Origin: Acidimicrobiales bacterium
Lineage (GTDB): Bacteria; Actinomycetota; Acidimicrobiia; Acidimicrobiales; SZUA-35
NCBI GenBank assembly: GCA_041584095.1
Contig: JBFHEP010000001.1
Location: 1-44,386, forward strand
Direction of reading: 5' to 3'
DNA length: 44,386 nt
Part shown: piece by piece, positions 27,468 to 37,748 of the stretch
Numbering within the stretch: position 1 is the stretch's first letter
How the letters are laid out: every line of letters begins with the position of its first letter
Position numbers and translations under genes: made by a program
The notes under the pieces: model-generated
The model's database searches: none
Told to the model about the DNA's origin: nothing
Seen by the model: the letters and a program-made list of their open reading frames with translations, nothing else

Positions 27468-28793
27468 TCAACCGGCGATGACGGCGGTGTCCGGGTGATA
27501 GGCCGACCAGGCGAACCAGAACGTGTTCAGATGGCCGACCGGCTGGAGCCGCTCGCCGGCGAGCGGACCGTCGACGGCCTCGCCGGTCACGGTCCACGTT
27601 GTTCCGGTCTGATCATCGACGAATCCATCGCCGTCGACCGTGAAGGACAGCGACTCGCCGTCGACCGACAGCGGGACGAAGACGCCGGTCTGACCGACAT
27701 CCCGCCCAGCGGCCACTGCCGCCCGGTCGAGGGCCGAGGCCAAACCGGGGCGGTGGAGGACCACCACCGTCTCCCCTGCGACGTCGACCTCGTGGACCGA
27801 TGGCGTCTCGCCGAGTTCGAGCGTGACCGCGGCGGCGAGACCGTTGCGTAGGAGTCCGACGACCCGGGCCTTGGGTTCGAGGCGGGGGTCGACATCGCCT
27901 TGGAAGAAGCCGGCGAACGGATCGGAGGCCTCCTCGTCGTACCCGACGTAGGGGTTGGTGCCGTAGTCGCGCCTCACACCGGTGTCACGGGTCAAAACCA
28001 GAGCATCGGGGTGCTGGGCGGTGAACTCCTCAAACGACAGCATCTGGACCGGTATCGGGTCGAGGCGTGCTCCGGCGTAGTGCCCGACGACTCCCTCGCC
28101 GGTGAAGTGGGCCCAGAGCGATTCGGTCTGACGGTCGTACATGACCAGCGCCGACTGGTAGAGCGAGCCGGATGTGCCGAAATCGAGAATCCGCTCACCC
28201 ACTCGGCGATCGAACGCCACCGCCGAGTTGCACAATGGACAGTACGTGACGCTGATCGGGACGCCGCCGACCTCGTCGTTGACGATCTCGTGCCACACCA
28301 TGATCTGGATCGGATAGGCCCGGACGTCGTCGTCGATGTCGACGACCACGACCGCCTCCGTCGGCTGCACGAATTCCACCTCGTCGACCGGCAGAAACTG
28401 TGGGGCGTCGATCGCCGGAATAACGTCTGGCGCAAGGACCGGCACGATGTCGGATGGCTCGATGACCGGTGGTGGGAAATTGGCTAGATCGGCATCGCCC
28501 TGCAACGCGGAAGCGGCCGGTTCGATGTCGTAGTCGACATTCTTGTAGGCGGCGCCGACCACCTCGAACCCGGCGTCGTTGACCAGCGGACCCCCGTCTC
28601 GAGGGCCTGCCTCCGCGGTCGACGACACCGTGGAGCCACCATCTGGTTGGCCGACATCACCGACCTCCGATGTTGCGGGGGAACATGCCGCCGAGACGAG
28701 CGCAACGGCTAGGGCGGTGCCCAGCAACCGGGGTCCACGTCGACGTCCGGTCCGCACGTGAGTGGTGGCCGGTGTTCCGCTCGCGGTGTCCAT
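27468..28793 (-). CDS. Secreted lipoprotein of the DUF3179 family
   Basis: Lipobox-like ALAVALVSAAC after an Arg-rich N-terminus. DUF3179-like core VTYCPLCNSAVAFDRRV...FGTSGSLYQSALVMYDRQTESLWAHFTG. Confidence 0.7.
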   Translation of the reverse strand: MDTASGTPATTHVRTGRRRGPRLLGTALAVALVSAACSPATSEVGDVGQPDGGSTVSSTAEAGPRDGGPLVNDAGFEVVGAAYKNVDYDIEPAASALQGDADLANFPPPVIEPSDIVPVLAPDVIPAIDAPQFLPVDEVEFVQPTEAVVVVDIDDDVRAYPIQIMVWHEIVNDEVGGVPISVTYCPLCNSAVAFDRRVGERILDFGTSGSLYQSALVMYDRQTESLWAHFTGEGVVGHYAGARLDPIPVQMLSFEEFTAQHPDALVLTRDTGVRRDYGTNPYVGYDEEASDPFAGFFQGDVDPRLEPKARVVGLLRNGLAAAVTLELGETPSVHEVDVAGETVVVLHRPGLASALDRAAVAAGRDVGQTGVFVPLSVDGESLSFTVDGDGFVDDQTGTTWTVTGEAVDGPLAGERLQPVGHLNTFWFAWSAYHPDTAVIAG

Positions 28794-28854
28794 GTAGGGA
28801 CAACCCCCAGTACAAGGTGAAACTTCCCCTCGTCATCCGGCCCTCGTCGTCGGC

Positions 28855-29241
28855 CTAGGACCCGGCCTCCAACCGATCGCCCCCGACACCGGTGTAGCGG
28901 GACATCGGCCTGGCCCAACGCTTCTCCCACCAGCCGATGTCTCGGGCGTGGGCGTGAAAGTGGCCCGGCACCTGTCGCATCTCCCGGTCGATCGTCCAAC
29001 CGGTTCCGCTGAACCGCTGGTCGGCTCCCTCGCTCAACAGCGCGAGGAGGCGTTCGACCACAACATCGTTCGGCTCCGGACCGTGATGCCACCAGACGAC
29101 CATCGGGACCGAGCAGACCTCGCAGTCGGCCACCCAACCATCTCCCGATTCGGCATACCAGTGGGTGAATCGGGCGGCAGCGCACAGTTGACAGTCGGGA
29201 TCCTCCGGCGGAAAGGGGCGAGGTCCGACGGTTGGCGTCAA
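28855..29241 (-). CDS. Small Cys/His-rich protein with a histidine-triad-like motif (possibly a divergent HIT-fold protein)
   Basis: 128 aa with DCQLC and DCEVC pairs and PGHFHAHAR (an H-x-H-x-H pattern). The start is 8 nt after the trpA stop. Confidence 0.45.
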   Translation of the reverse strand: MTPTVGPRPFPPEDPDCQLCAAARFTHWYAESGDGWVADCEVCSVPMVVWWHHGPEPNDVVVERLLALLSEGADQRFSGTGWTIDREMRQVPGHFHAHARDIGWWEKRWARPMSRYTGVGGDRLEAGS

Positions 29242-29249
29242 ACCGCTCC

Positions 29250-30107
29250 TCAGCGCACCGGGCCCGACGCCACCGAGTCGAGACCGGCCCGGAGCTCGGC
29301 CACGAACTCCACGGCCGGGTCGATCGAGCCGGCATCGATGATCTTGCGAATCAACGCCGACCCCACGACGACACCGTCGGCCACCTCGGCCACCTCGGCC
29401 GCCTGCTCCGGATTGGAGATACCGACGCCGACCAGAACCGGTTTATCGGTGATGTCCTTCAATCGGCGGGCGATGTCGGCGGCGCTGGCTGCCAGCTCGT
29501 CCCGCTCGCCGGTGATGCCGATCAGACCGACGCCGTAGACGAAGCCCCGCGACCGTTCGACGATCGCCGGGAGACGGCTGTCGGGCGCCGTCGGCGCCGC
29601 CAAAAGGACGGTTTCGATTCCGGCGTCGTCGGCGGCCCGGGCCCATGGCCCGACCTCCTCCAACGGGAGATCGGGAAGGATGGCGGCGCAGATGCCGGCC
29701 TTGTTCAGCTCGGCCGCAAATCGACGATGACCCATCCGGTAACACAGGTTGTAGTAGGTCATGACCGCCAGCGGGATCTGTGGATTGAGATCACCGAGCG
29801 TCGACAACGCCCCCTCGGGCGTGATTCCGGCCTTGAGCGCCGCCGTCGACGACTCCTGAATCGTCGGCCCGTCCATCACCGGATCGCTGAACGGTACACC
29901 GATCTCGATGGCGTCGGCTCCAGCCGTGGTGAGGCCCTCCACCAGAAGATGCCAGCTGTCGCTCGGATACCCGGCGGTGATGTATGGCACGAGCAGCTTG
30001 CGGCCTTCGGCCCGCAGGGCCCGCAGATGGGCCTCGAGCCGTCCCGGTCCGGGCGCCGCGGGGGCGGACAGCGGCGTGTCGGCTGGTGATTCGATCTCGG
30101 TCATCAT
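29250..30107 (-). CDS. trpA: Tryptophan synthase alpha chain
   Basis: LVPYITAGYP, EIGVPFSDPVMDGPTIQ, GFVYGVGLIGITG. I prefer the ATG at 30107, which has GGAGA upstream. The track ORF uses a TTG at 30173 that overlaps the trpB stop. Confidence 0.9.
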   Translation of the reverse strand: MMTEIESPADTPLSAPAAPGPGRLEAHLRALRAEGRKLLVPYITAGYPSDSWHLLVEGLTTAGADAIEIGVPFSDPVMDGPTIQESSTAALKAGITPEGALSTLGDLNPQIPLAVMTYYNLCYRMGHRRFAAELNKAGICAAILPDLPLEEVGPWARAADDAGIETVLLAAPTAPDSRLPAIVERSRGFVYGVGLIGITGERDELAASAADIARRLKDITDKPVLVGVGISNPEQAAEVAEVADGVVVGSALIRKIIDAGSIDPAVEFVAELRAGLDSVASGPVR

Positions 30108-30169
30108 CGTCTCCGCAGTCGTTCTCGGTTTGGGGGTGCTCGGCAAGGGTGCTCGCCGAGCATGCCGGG

Positions 30170-31462
30170 TCAAGCGTGCTCGGCCGAGCGAATCGGCATC
30201 TCGGGATCGAAATCGACCGTCTCCAGCGCCAGCGGATCGCCCGCCCTGATGGCCTGGACCTGAGCGACGTCCTTGTCACCTCGGCCCGAGAGGTTCAACA
30301 ACACGGTTCGGCCCCGCAGTGTCTCGCGGTTCTCGACGATCCAGGCCAGTCCGTGAGCCGGTTCGAGGGCGGGTATGATGCCCTCGGTGCGCGACAGCAG
30401 TTCGAATGCGTCGAGGACCTGGGCGTCGGTTACCGCCTCGTAGCGGGCCCGACCGATGTCGGCCAGGTGGGCGTGCTCGGGTCCGACACCAGGGTAGTCG
30501 AGTCCGGCCGAGACCGACTGGGCTTCGAGCACCTGCCCGGCCTCGTCCTGCATGAGGTACGACATGGAGCCGTGGACGACACCGACCACTCCCCTGCCGA
30601 TCGCCGCCCCTCCGGCGGGCTCGACACCGACGAGTTCGGCCGTCGTGTCGACGAAGCCGGAGAAGATCGCGATGGCGTTGGAACCGCCGCCCACGGCGGC
30701 GACCACCACATCCGGTAGCCCGCCGTCGAGCAGGTCCAGGCACTGCGCATGGGCCTCCCGGCCCAGCACCCGGTGGAACTCCCGCACCATGAACGGGTAC
30801 GGGTGAGGACCCATCACCGAGCCGAGAAGGTAGTAGGTGCTGTCGACCGACGCGACCCAGTCGCGCAGCGCCTCGTTGACGGCATCCTTCAGGGTTCGGC
30901 TGCCGGACAGCGCCGGGCGAACTTCGGCCCCGAGGAGCTCCATACGGTAGACGTTGAGCGCCTGGCGGCGGACGTCGACCTCGCCCATGTAGACCACACA
31001 GTCCTGGCCGAGCAGCGCCGCGGCCGTGGCGGTGGCCACCCCGTGCTGTCCGGCACCGGTTTCGGCCACGATCCGGGACTTGCCCATCCGTTTGGCCAGC
31101 AATGCCTGACCGAGGACGTTGTTGATCTTGTGGGAGCCGGTGTGGTTGAGATCCTCCCGCTTCAGCAGGATCCGGATGCCCAGCTCGGCCGACAGGTTGT
31201 GGCACTCGGTCAGCGGTGAGGGCCGTCCGGCGTAGCCGGTGAGCAGCTCGTCGAACTCGGCGTGGAAACCCGGGTCGGACCAGGCGTCACGGAACGCCGC
31301 CTCGAGTTCCTGACAGGCCGGCACGAGCGTTTCCGGGACGAAGAGCCCGCCGAACCGGCCGAACCGGCCGATTGAGCCGGGATCGCCCATGAGCGACTCA
31401 CCCTTGCCGTCCCCGGTGGCATCGGCAGGGGCCGAGGTCGTCGAGTCTGCCGTCTCTACCAT
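30170..31462 (-). CDS. trpB: Tryptophan synthase beta chain
   Basis: [28 protein letters not shown] (PLP lysine), [10 protein letters not shown]. Confidence 0.95.
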   Translation of the reverse strand: MVETADSTTSAPADATGDGKGESLMGDPGSIGRFGRFGGLFVPETLVPACQELEAAFRDAWSDPGFHAEFDELLTGYAGRPSPLTECHNLSAELGIRILLKREDLNHTGSHKINNVLGQALLAKRMGKSRIVAETGAGQHGVATATAAALLGQDCVVYMGEVDVRRQALNVYRMELLGAEVRPALSGSRTLKDAVNEALRDWVASVDSTYYLLGSVMGPHPYPFMVREFHRVLGREAHAQCLDLLDGGLPDVVVAAVGGGSNAIAIFSGFVDTTAELVGVEPAGGAAIGRGVVGVVHGSMSYLMQDEAGQVLEAQSVSAGLDYPGVGPEHAHLADIGRARYEAVTDAQVLDAFELLSRTEGIIPALEPAHGLAWIVENRETLRGRTVLLNLSGRGDKDVAQVQAIRAGDPLALETVDFDPEMPIRSAEHA

Positions 31463-32172
31463 CTTGTCTCCTCGTAGCGTTGATCATCGCCCAACTCGTC
31501 GATGCCGAACAGACCGCCGGCCGAGGCCGCAGCCGAGTCGAGATCGGCCGCCGCCCGCCGGGCGTTGACGATGAAGCGACGGACCTTGGTCGGATCCTTG
31601 AGCCCGGGGGCGGATTCGACGCCACTGGCCACATCGACACCCCACGGTCGCGCCACGTCGATGGCATCGGCCACGTTCTCGGCCGTCAGCCCGCCGGCCA
31701 GGATGAACGGTCGGCCACCCAGGATCAATTCGAGGTTGGACCAGTCGAACACCTGCCCGCTGCCGGGACGTGGTGAGTCGATGAGAAGTCGGTGCGGTCC
31801 GTAGTCCGCGCTTCCGGTCAAAGCCGGGTCGGCAATACCGAACGCCCGGATCAGACCCGGCACCCGTTCGGCCACCCAGCGGCAGTCCTCGGGGGTCTCG
31901 TCGCCGTGGAGCTGCACCACGTCGATGCCGAGACCTTGGGCAGTCTCCACGACCTCCTCGCGACGCTGGTTGCGAAACACGGCGACGGCCATCACGTCCG
32001 GTGGAAGACGGCGCATGATGTCGCGAGCCGTGTCGAGAGCGATCCGACGGGGAGAATCCGCGAAATTCAGCCCGATCGCATCGGCTCCGAGGCCTGCTGC
32101 CAGCAGGGCATCGTCGGCAGTCGTCACGCCGCAGATTTTCACGAACACTGCCTTGCACGGTAGCGGCATCAC
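31456..32172 (-). CDS. trpF: Phosphoribosylanthranilate isomerase
   Basis: [49 protein letters not shown]. It overlaps the trpB start by 7 nt and has a C-terminal tail of roughly 25 aa. Confidence 0.85.
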   Translation of the reverse strand: MMPLPCKAVFVKICGVTTADDALLAAGLGADAIGLNFADSPRRIALDTARDIMRRLPPDVMAVAVFRNQRREEVVETAQGLGIDVVQLHGDETPEDCRWVAERVPGLIRAFGIADPALTGSADYGPHRLLIDSPRPGSGQVFDWSNLELILGGRPFILAGGLTAENVADAIDVARPWGVDVASGVESAPGLKDPTKVRRFIVNARRAAADLDSAAASAGGLFGIDELGDDQRYEETRW

Positions 32173-32198
32173 AGGTCGGTCGAGACGAAATCAGCTGC

Positions 32199-33005
32199 TC
32201 AGGAGGTGGAGGAGGAGCCGATCGTCGCTGCTCGCATGGCGACAACGGCACCGGCGGGATCGCCGCTGCGGACGAGGGTCTCGCCGACGAGTGCGGCCTT
32301 GTAGCCGGCGGCGAACAGCGGGGGGAGATCGCCCGGGCCGCGAATACCGGATTCGGCGACCGAGACGACGTGATCGGGGATGACCCCGGCCACCCTGATG
32401 GCCCGGTCCTGGTCGACGTCGAACGTCACGAGGTCTCGCTGGTTGACGCCGACGAGTGTTGCTCCGACAGCCAACGCCCGCTCGACCTCGGGCTCGTCGT
32501 GGGTCTCGACGAGGGCGTCGAGACCGAGCTCGCCGGCCAGGTCGTGGAAGTCCCGCAACTCCCGGTCGTCGAGGGCGGCCACGATCAACAGAACGGCGTC
32601 GGCCCCCATCAGCCGGGCGTCGACGACGTCGTGTGCACTCACGGTGAAATCCTTGCGGATGACCGGCAGGTCGGCAGAGGCTCGCGCCAGCGCCAGATCG
32701 TCGGGCGATCCGCCGAAGAAGGCGCTGTCGGTGAGAACCGAGAGGCAGCTGGCGCCTCCGGACGCGTAGGCGCGGGCCAGCTCCGCCGGGTCGAGATCCG
32801 GTGCGAGATCCCCCTTCGACGGCGATCGCCTTTTCACTTCACCGATCACCGCCATGCCGTCGGTGGCGGCCAGTGCGGCCCGAAAGCCGCGAGGCTCGTC
32901 ATCCCGGACCGTCGCCCTGTCGATCAGCGTGTCGAGTGATCGCTGATCGGCGGCCGCCGTTTCCCGATGGGCGGCAAGGATCCGGTCGAGATACGTCGCG
33001 GCCAT
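32199..33005 (-). CDS. trpC: Indole-3-glycerol phosphate synthase
   Basis: VIGEVKRRSPSKGDL, ASCLSVLTD, IRKDF, VGVNQRDL. Confidence 0.93.
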   Translation of the reverse strand: MAATYLDRILAAHRETAAADQRSLDTLIDRATVRDDEPRGFRAALAATDGMAVIGEVKRRSPSKGDLAPDLDPAELARAYASGGASCLSVLTDSAFFGGSPDDLALARASADLPVIRKDFTVSAHDVVDARLMGADAVLLIVAALDDRELRDFHDLAGELGLDALVETHDEPEVERALAVGATLVGVNQRDLVTFDVDQDRAIRVAGVIPDHVVSVAESGIRGPGDLPPLFAAGYKAALVGETLVRSGDPAGAVVAMRAATIGSSSTS

Positions 33006-33152
33006 GGGCCCTGTATAGCCGATTCAAGCCGACGTCGACCATCGGCGCGTCCTCTCGGAGCGTCGGCCCGATCATTCACGCCCTCCTAACATTGCCGTCC
33101 TACGCTGGTCACCAATGGGCAGAGGTCGAATCCACAGTTCGAGGTCGAGTCG

Positions 33153-33815
33153 GTGACGGCGATCGTCGTCGTGGAGGACGAAACCGACATCGGCGATCTG
33201 CTCGCCCTCTACTTCCGAAAGGAGGGCTGGACGGTCCATGTCACCGACAACGGTGCGGACGGACTCGAGGTCATCCGGGCCCGCCGGCCGGATGTCATCG
33301 TGCTCGACGTAGGTCTCCCCGGTGAGATGGACGGATTCGACGTCTGCCGGGAGGTTCGCCGCAGCTCGAACACACCAATCCTGTTCCTGACGGCTCGCGA
33401 CGACGAGATCGACCGGATTCTCGGACTCGAGATCGGCGCCGACGACTATGTGACCAAACCATTCTCACCCCGAGAGATCGTGGCCCGAATCAAAGCCATC
33501 ATGCGGCGGGGTAAGGACGACCTGGCACGTTCCGACGTACGCTTCGACACGATCCTGATCGATCTGGATCGCCATGAGGTCACGGTCGACGACGAGCCGG
33601 TGGCCCTGGCCACGCAGGAATGGGAGCTGCTGGCGGCCCTGGCTCAGCACCGTGGTTCGGTGCTCAGTCGACGGCAGCTGCTCGATCTGGCCTGGGGTAT
33701 CGACTGGATCGGTGATCCGAGGACCGTTGATGTCCACGTTCGCCAGCTTCGACGAAAGCTTGGTCCCGAGCTTCCGCTGGCCACCGTGCGGGGCGCCGGC
33801 TACCGGTTGGGGTAG
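33153..33815 (+). CDS. OmpR-family response regulator
   Basis: REC domain (VVVEDETDIGDLL...VIVLDVGLPGEMDG) plus a winged-helix domain (VSRRQLLDLAWG...RTVDVHVRQLRRKL). Confidence 0.9.
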   Translation: MTAIVVVEDETDIGDLLALYFRKEGWTVHVTDNGADGLEVIRARRPDVIVLDVGLPGEMDGFDVCREVRRSSNTPILFLTARDDEIDRILGLEIGADDYVTKPFSPREIVARIKAIMRRGKDDLARSDVRFDTILIDLDRHEVTVDDEPVALATQEWELLAALAQHRGSVLSRRQLLDLAWGIDWIGDPRTVDVHVRQLRRKLGPELPLATVRGAGYRLG

Positions 33816-33827
33816 GACGACCTGACG

Positions 33828-35261
33828 ATGCAACGACGGCTCGCTCTGGCTTTGGCCCTCACCGCTCTTGCCGCCGTCGTGCTCGTCGGCCTCGGTGTGG
33901 TGCTGCAAGCCAACCGGGGGGCTCGGAGTGAGGCAACCGAGAACGTGACCCGGGCTGCCGAAGCGATCGCCGAGCTTTCGGCGGGTACACGACGGCTCGG
34001 CGACTTCGGTCGCCAGCTGGCGCTGTCCCGCCAGGCGTTCGATTTCGAGGCTCTACAGGTGGTGTTGGTCACCGACGAGGGCGAGGTGTTGCAGGCGGGC
34101 GGCGCAGCAGGCCGGATCGGACGGGCTGAACCTCCGCCGGCTGACGACCCCGCGCTGGCGGACCTGCCGTCGGTTCTCGGATCGGATCAGCTGGCGGTCT
34201 TTCGATCGGGTGAACCGGTTGTCGTCGACGGTGAAGGCAGGGTGATCGTGCTCATCGAACTGGACGTCGACGCGCCGGATCGGCGCCGGATCGACGGCCG
34301 ACTCGGCCTGGTGGCGGCCGAGCGGGTGCTGGCGCTTCCCCGCCGGGCCATCGGCTGGTTCCTCTGGTCGAGCCTCGTCGTGCTGGCCGGCGCCTCACTG
34401 GCCGGGGTGGTGCTGGCCCGGCGCCTGGTCCGACCGATTCGAGCCATCCAGCGGACGACGGCGTCGATCGCCGCCGGTGACCTCCGGGCCCGAACCGAGG
34501 TGAGAGGAGACGACGAATTGGCCGACCTCGGCAACTCGGTCAACGTCATGGCCGGCGAGCTGGAGCGATCCAAGCAACTGGATCAGCAGTTCCTCATGTC
34601 GGTCTCCCACGATCTTCGTACCCCGCTGACCGCGATCGGCGGTTACGCCGAGGCGCTGGCCGACGGCACGGCGACCGACCGAGCGGCGATCGGCAGGATC
34701 ATCGGCCAGCAGGCCGGCAGGCTGGAGAGGCTGGTTCAGGATCTGCTCGACCTGGCCCGGCTCGATGCCAACCAGTTCCGACTTCACCCCTCGACGATGG
34801 ATCTGGCCGTGGTCGCCGGCCGGTCGGCGGCGGAGTTCGTGGCCTCGGCGACGACCAGGGGGGTGGATCTTTCCTTCGAGCGGGAAGCCGGCATCGCTGT
34901 TCCCGTCCAGGCCGATCCTGATCGCGTGGCCCAGGTGATCAGCAATCTGGTCGAGAACGCCGTCAAGTTCGCCGACTCCTCGGTGGTCGTCCTCGTGACG
35001 AGGCAGGGCTCGCACGGCATCGTGTCGATCCGCGATGACGGGCCCGGCATCGACGCGGCCGACCTGCCCCACATCTTCGACCGGCTGTACTCCGGCCGGA
35101 TCCAGCCGAAGCGGTCGGAGAGCTCGACCGGCCTGGGGCTCACCATCGTGCGCGAGCTCACCGTGGCGATGGGAGGCACGGTCACCGTGACCCGGAACAC
35201 AGACCGAGGATCCCGGTTCGAGATTCGGCTTCCGCTGACCGAGGCGTCAGCCGATATCTGA
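33828..35261 (+). CDS. Sensor histidine kinase (two TM segments, HAMP, HisKA, HATPase)
   Basis: HAMP region RPIRAIQRTTASIAAGDL, H-box FLMSVSHDLRTPLTAI, N/G boxes VENAVKF, RDDGPGI, GLGLTIV. Confidence 0.9.
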   Translation: MQRRLALALALTALAAVVLVGLGVVLQANRGARSEATENVTRAAEAIAELSAGTRRLGDFGRQLALSRQAFDFEALQVVLVTDEGEVLQAGGAAGRIGRAEPPPADDPALADLPSVLGSDQLAVFRSGEPVVVDGEGRVIVLIELDVDAPDRRRIDGRLGLVAAERVLALPRRAIGWFLWSSLVVLAGASLAGVVLARRLVRPIRAIQRTTASIAAGDLRARTEVRGDDELADLGNSVNVMAGELERSKQLDQQFLMSVSHDLRTPLTAIGGYAEALADGTATDRAAIGRIIGQQAGRLERLVQDLLDLARLDANQFRLHPSTMDLAVVAGRSAAEFVASATTRGVDLSFEREAGIAVPVQADPDRVAQVISNLVENAVKFADSSVVVLVTRQGSHGIVSIRDDGPGIDAADLPHIFDRLYSGRIQPKRSESSTGLGLTIVRELTVAMGGTVTVTRNTDRGSRFEIRLPLTEASADI

Positions 35262-36197
35262 GGACGCCGGGGACGGGAGAGGCAGCAGGTCGACGGTGAT
35301 TGTCGACCCGTCGGCCGTTTCGACGTCGGCCCGGCCGGGAATCTCAACGCCCCGCTTGACGTAGGCCATGCCGACAAGGCCCAGCGACGGCGATCGAGCC
35401 GCGCTCGTGAGCCGGCCCGCTTCGGCCCCGTCGACGATCAGAGCAGTTCCGGTCGCCGGGACCGACTCCGACGGGCCGATCAGCCGCACCAGGCGGGTGG
35501 GTGTGTTGCTGCCTCGGGAGTCGATACGGGCCACGAGCTCCTGTCCGACGTAGCATCCCTTGTCGAAGTCGACCGATGCGTCGACGACACCGGCTGCGGC
35601 CGGGATGGTCGAGGAGTCGAGTTCGCGACCCATCGACGGCAGACCCTGCAGAATCCGGATCAGCTCCATGGCTTCGGTATCGGCGGCCACACCGAACTCC
35701 GGCTTCGAGCCGGGATCGGGCGGGTCGCCGCCATCGGGCACGAGATCGACACCGGTCACCGGGCCCCACCCGGCATCGACCGGCACGAGTCCGACATCGG
35801 AATCGAGGTGCTCGACCGCATCGGAGGTGCCCGGACCTCGCAATGCGATGGCGGTCCTCCGGTCGAGACTCAGCGTCGCATCAACTCGCAGCTTGAACCG
35901 CTCGAGCCGGGCAAGGGCATCGTCGCCGAACCCGGCGTCGACGATCAGCCACAGGCGATCAGGGTCGACACGGTGCAGACGCATCCACGCGTCGACCTTG
36001 CCCTGGGGCTGGAGCAGCAAGGTCCAGCGGGTCTCGCCGACGGCAAGCGATGTCACGTTCTGACTCAGCTGGCCGTGCAGGTACTCGTCGGCTTCGGGGC
36101 CCGACGCCGTGATGACGTCGAGTTCGATCAGTCCGTTGGCGACACCGTCACGCAGCGCCGCCTCGACCGCCACCAAATCGTCCGCTCCGCTCATCAT
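35247..36197 (-). CDS. ygfZ: YgfZ-type folate-binding protein (GcvT-like fold)
   Basis: Signature FDKGCYVGQELVARI. The ATG at 36197 has GGAGG upstream and an ATGA overlap with the trpE stop. The track extension to 36368 is rejected. The 3' end overlaps the convergent kinase by 15 nt. Confidence 0.75.
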   Translation of the reverse strand: MMSGADDLVAVEAALRDGVANGLIELDVITASGPEADEYLHGQLSQNVTSLAVGETRWTLLLQPQGKVDAWMRLHRVDPDRLWLIVDAGFGDDALARLERFKLRVDATLSLDRRTAIALRGPGTSDAVEHLDSDVGLVPVDAGWGPVTGVDLVPDGGDPPDPGSKPEFGVAADTEAMELIRILQGLPSMGRELDSSTIPAAAGVVDASVDFDKGCYVGQELVARIDSRGSNTPTRLVRLIGPSESVPATGTALIVDGAEAGRLTSAARSPSLGLVGMAYVKRGVEIPGRADVETADGSTITVDLLPLPSPASSDIG

Positions 36198-37741
36198 GAC
36201 GCCTCCTCTCGCAGCCCGCTCCGCCGATCGGCGGTCATCCGTCGAGCCGGCCCGACGGCGGCCAGCAGCGCCCGGGCCTTGTTCCAGCATTCCTTGTTCT
36301 CGAGCTCGGGGACACTGTCGGCCACCACACCGGCGCCGGCTTGTACCGACGCCCCATCGGGCCCACACACCATGGTGCGGATGGCGATCGCGGTGTCGAG
36401 GTTCCCGGAAAAGCTGAGATAGCCGACCACGCCCGAGTAGGGGCCCCGCTTCGTCGGCTCCAGCTCATCGATGATCTCCATGGCCCGGACCTTGGGGGCC
36501 CCCGACACGGTACCGGCGGGCATTGTCGCCCGCAGGACGTCGATGACCGAATTCCCGGCGGTGAGATCACCCGACACCTCGGAGGTGAGGTGCATCACGT
36601 GGCTGTACCGCTCCAGGGTCATCATCTCGTCTACCGACAGCGAGCCGAACTCGACGACCCGGCCGAGATCGTTGCGGGCCAGGTCGACCAGCATCACGTG
36701 CTCGGCCCGTTCCTTCGGATCCTCGGCGAGCTCAGCGGCCATCAGGCGGTCGTGCTGTTCGGTGCGGCCACGACGACGGGTGCCGGCGATCGGTCGGGAG
36801 ATGACCCGCCCCTCCTGCACCTGCACGAGCGGCTCCGGTGAGCAGCCGACCAGTGTCAGCTCCGGTCGGCGAATGAAGTACATGTAGGGGCTGGGGTTGA
36901 TCTGGCGCAGCACGCGGTAGACATCGATCGGATCGGCGTCGAGGTCGAACGAGAAGCGCTTGGCCAGCACGACCTGGAAGATGTCGCCGGCCCGGATGTA
37001 CTCTTTGGCCGCCTCCACCGACTTCTCGTACAGACCGGCCGACAGCGACTCCGAAACGGCCAGTGCGTCGACATCGGCCGTCTGCGACTCCTCCGACTCG
37101 TCCGGGGGCAGGACCATCGGCTCGTCGATCGGTCGGGCCCCGTCGACGGCCAGCTGATCGAGGCGGGCGACGGCGTCGTCGTAGGCGGCGTCGATCTCCG
37201 CGTCGGAGGCCGCCGGTCCGAGCAGCGCGACCGCAACGAGGGTCACCCGCTGACGCCAGTGATCGAAGACGGCCAGCTCACCGATCACCTCGATAACGGC
37301 ATCCGGGTAGCCGGTATCGTCGATGGTGGTCTCGGGAATGGCCTCGATCTCACGGGTGATGTCGTAGCCCAGGTAGCCGACGAGGCCCGCCACCAGTGGA
37401 GGTAGATCCGACAACTCGGGCGCACGATACCGCTCGAGCAGCACCTCCAGCGGAGCGAGGATGCCCTCATCCAGCGGCAGGTCGTCGTCGGGCAGCACGC
37501 CCGAGATCTCGACGTGCCGGCCGCGGGCCACCAGCGTGGCATGTGGTCGGCGCCCGACGAAGCTGAACCGGCTCCATCGCTCGCCGTTGTCGACCGATTC
37601 CAGGCAGAACCCCGACTCATCACCTACGCAGCGCATGAACGCGGCAACAGGAGTGGTCAGATCGGCCAGAAGCTGACGGTGAACCGGGATGGCCCGGTAG
37701 GTTCGAGCCAGCTCATGGAACTCGGAACGCGTGGTGGTCAT
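36194..37741 (-). CDS. trpE: Anthranilate synthase component I
   Basis: LESVDNGERWSRFSFVG, GDIFQVVLAKRF, NPSPYMYF, GTVSGAPKVRAMEII. Start taken at ATG 37741 (MTTTRSEFHEL...). Confidence 0.93.
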   Translation of the reverse strand: MTTTRSEFHELARTYRAIPVHRQLLADLTTPVAAFMRCVGDESGFCLESVDNGERWSRFSFVGRRPHATLVARGRHVEISGVLPDDDLPLDEGILAPLEVLLERYRAPELSDLPPLVAGLVGYLGYDITREIEAIPETTIDDTGYPDAVIEVIGELAVFDHWRQRVTLVAVALLGPAASDAEIDAAYDDAVARLDQLAVDGARPIDEPMVLPPDESEESQTADVDALAVSESLSAGLYEKSVEAAKEYIRAGDIFQVVLAKRFSFDLDADPIDVYRVLRQINPSPYMYFIRRPELTLVGCSPEPLVQVQEGRVISRPIAGTRRRGRTEQHDRLMAAELAEDPKERAEHVMLVDLARNDLGRVVEFGSLSVDEMMTLERYSHVMHLTSEVSGDLTAGNSVIDVLRATMPAGTVSGAPKVRAMEIIDELEPTKRGPYSGVVGYLSFSGNLDTAIAIRTMVCGPDGASVQAGAGVVADSVPELENKECWNKARALLAAVGPARRMTADRRSGLREEAS

Positions 37742-37748
37742 CGGGCGA

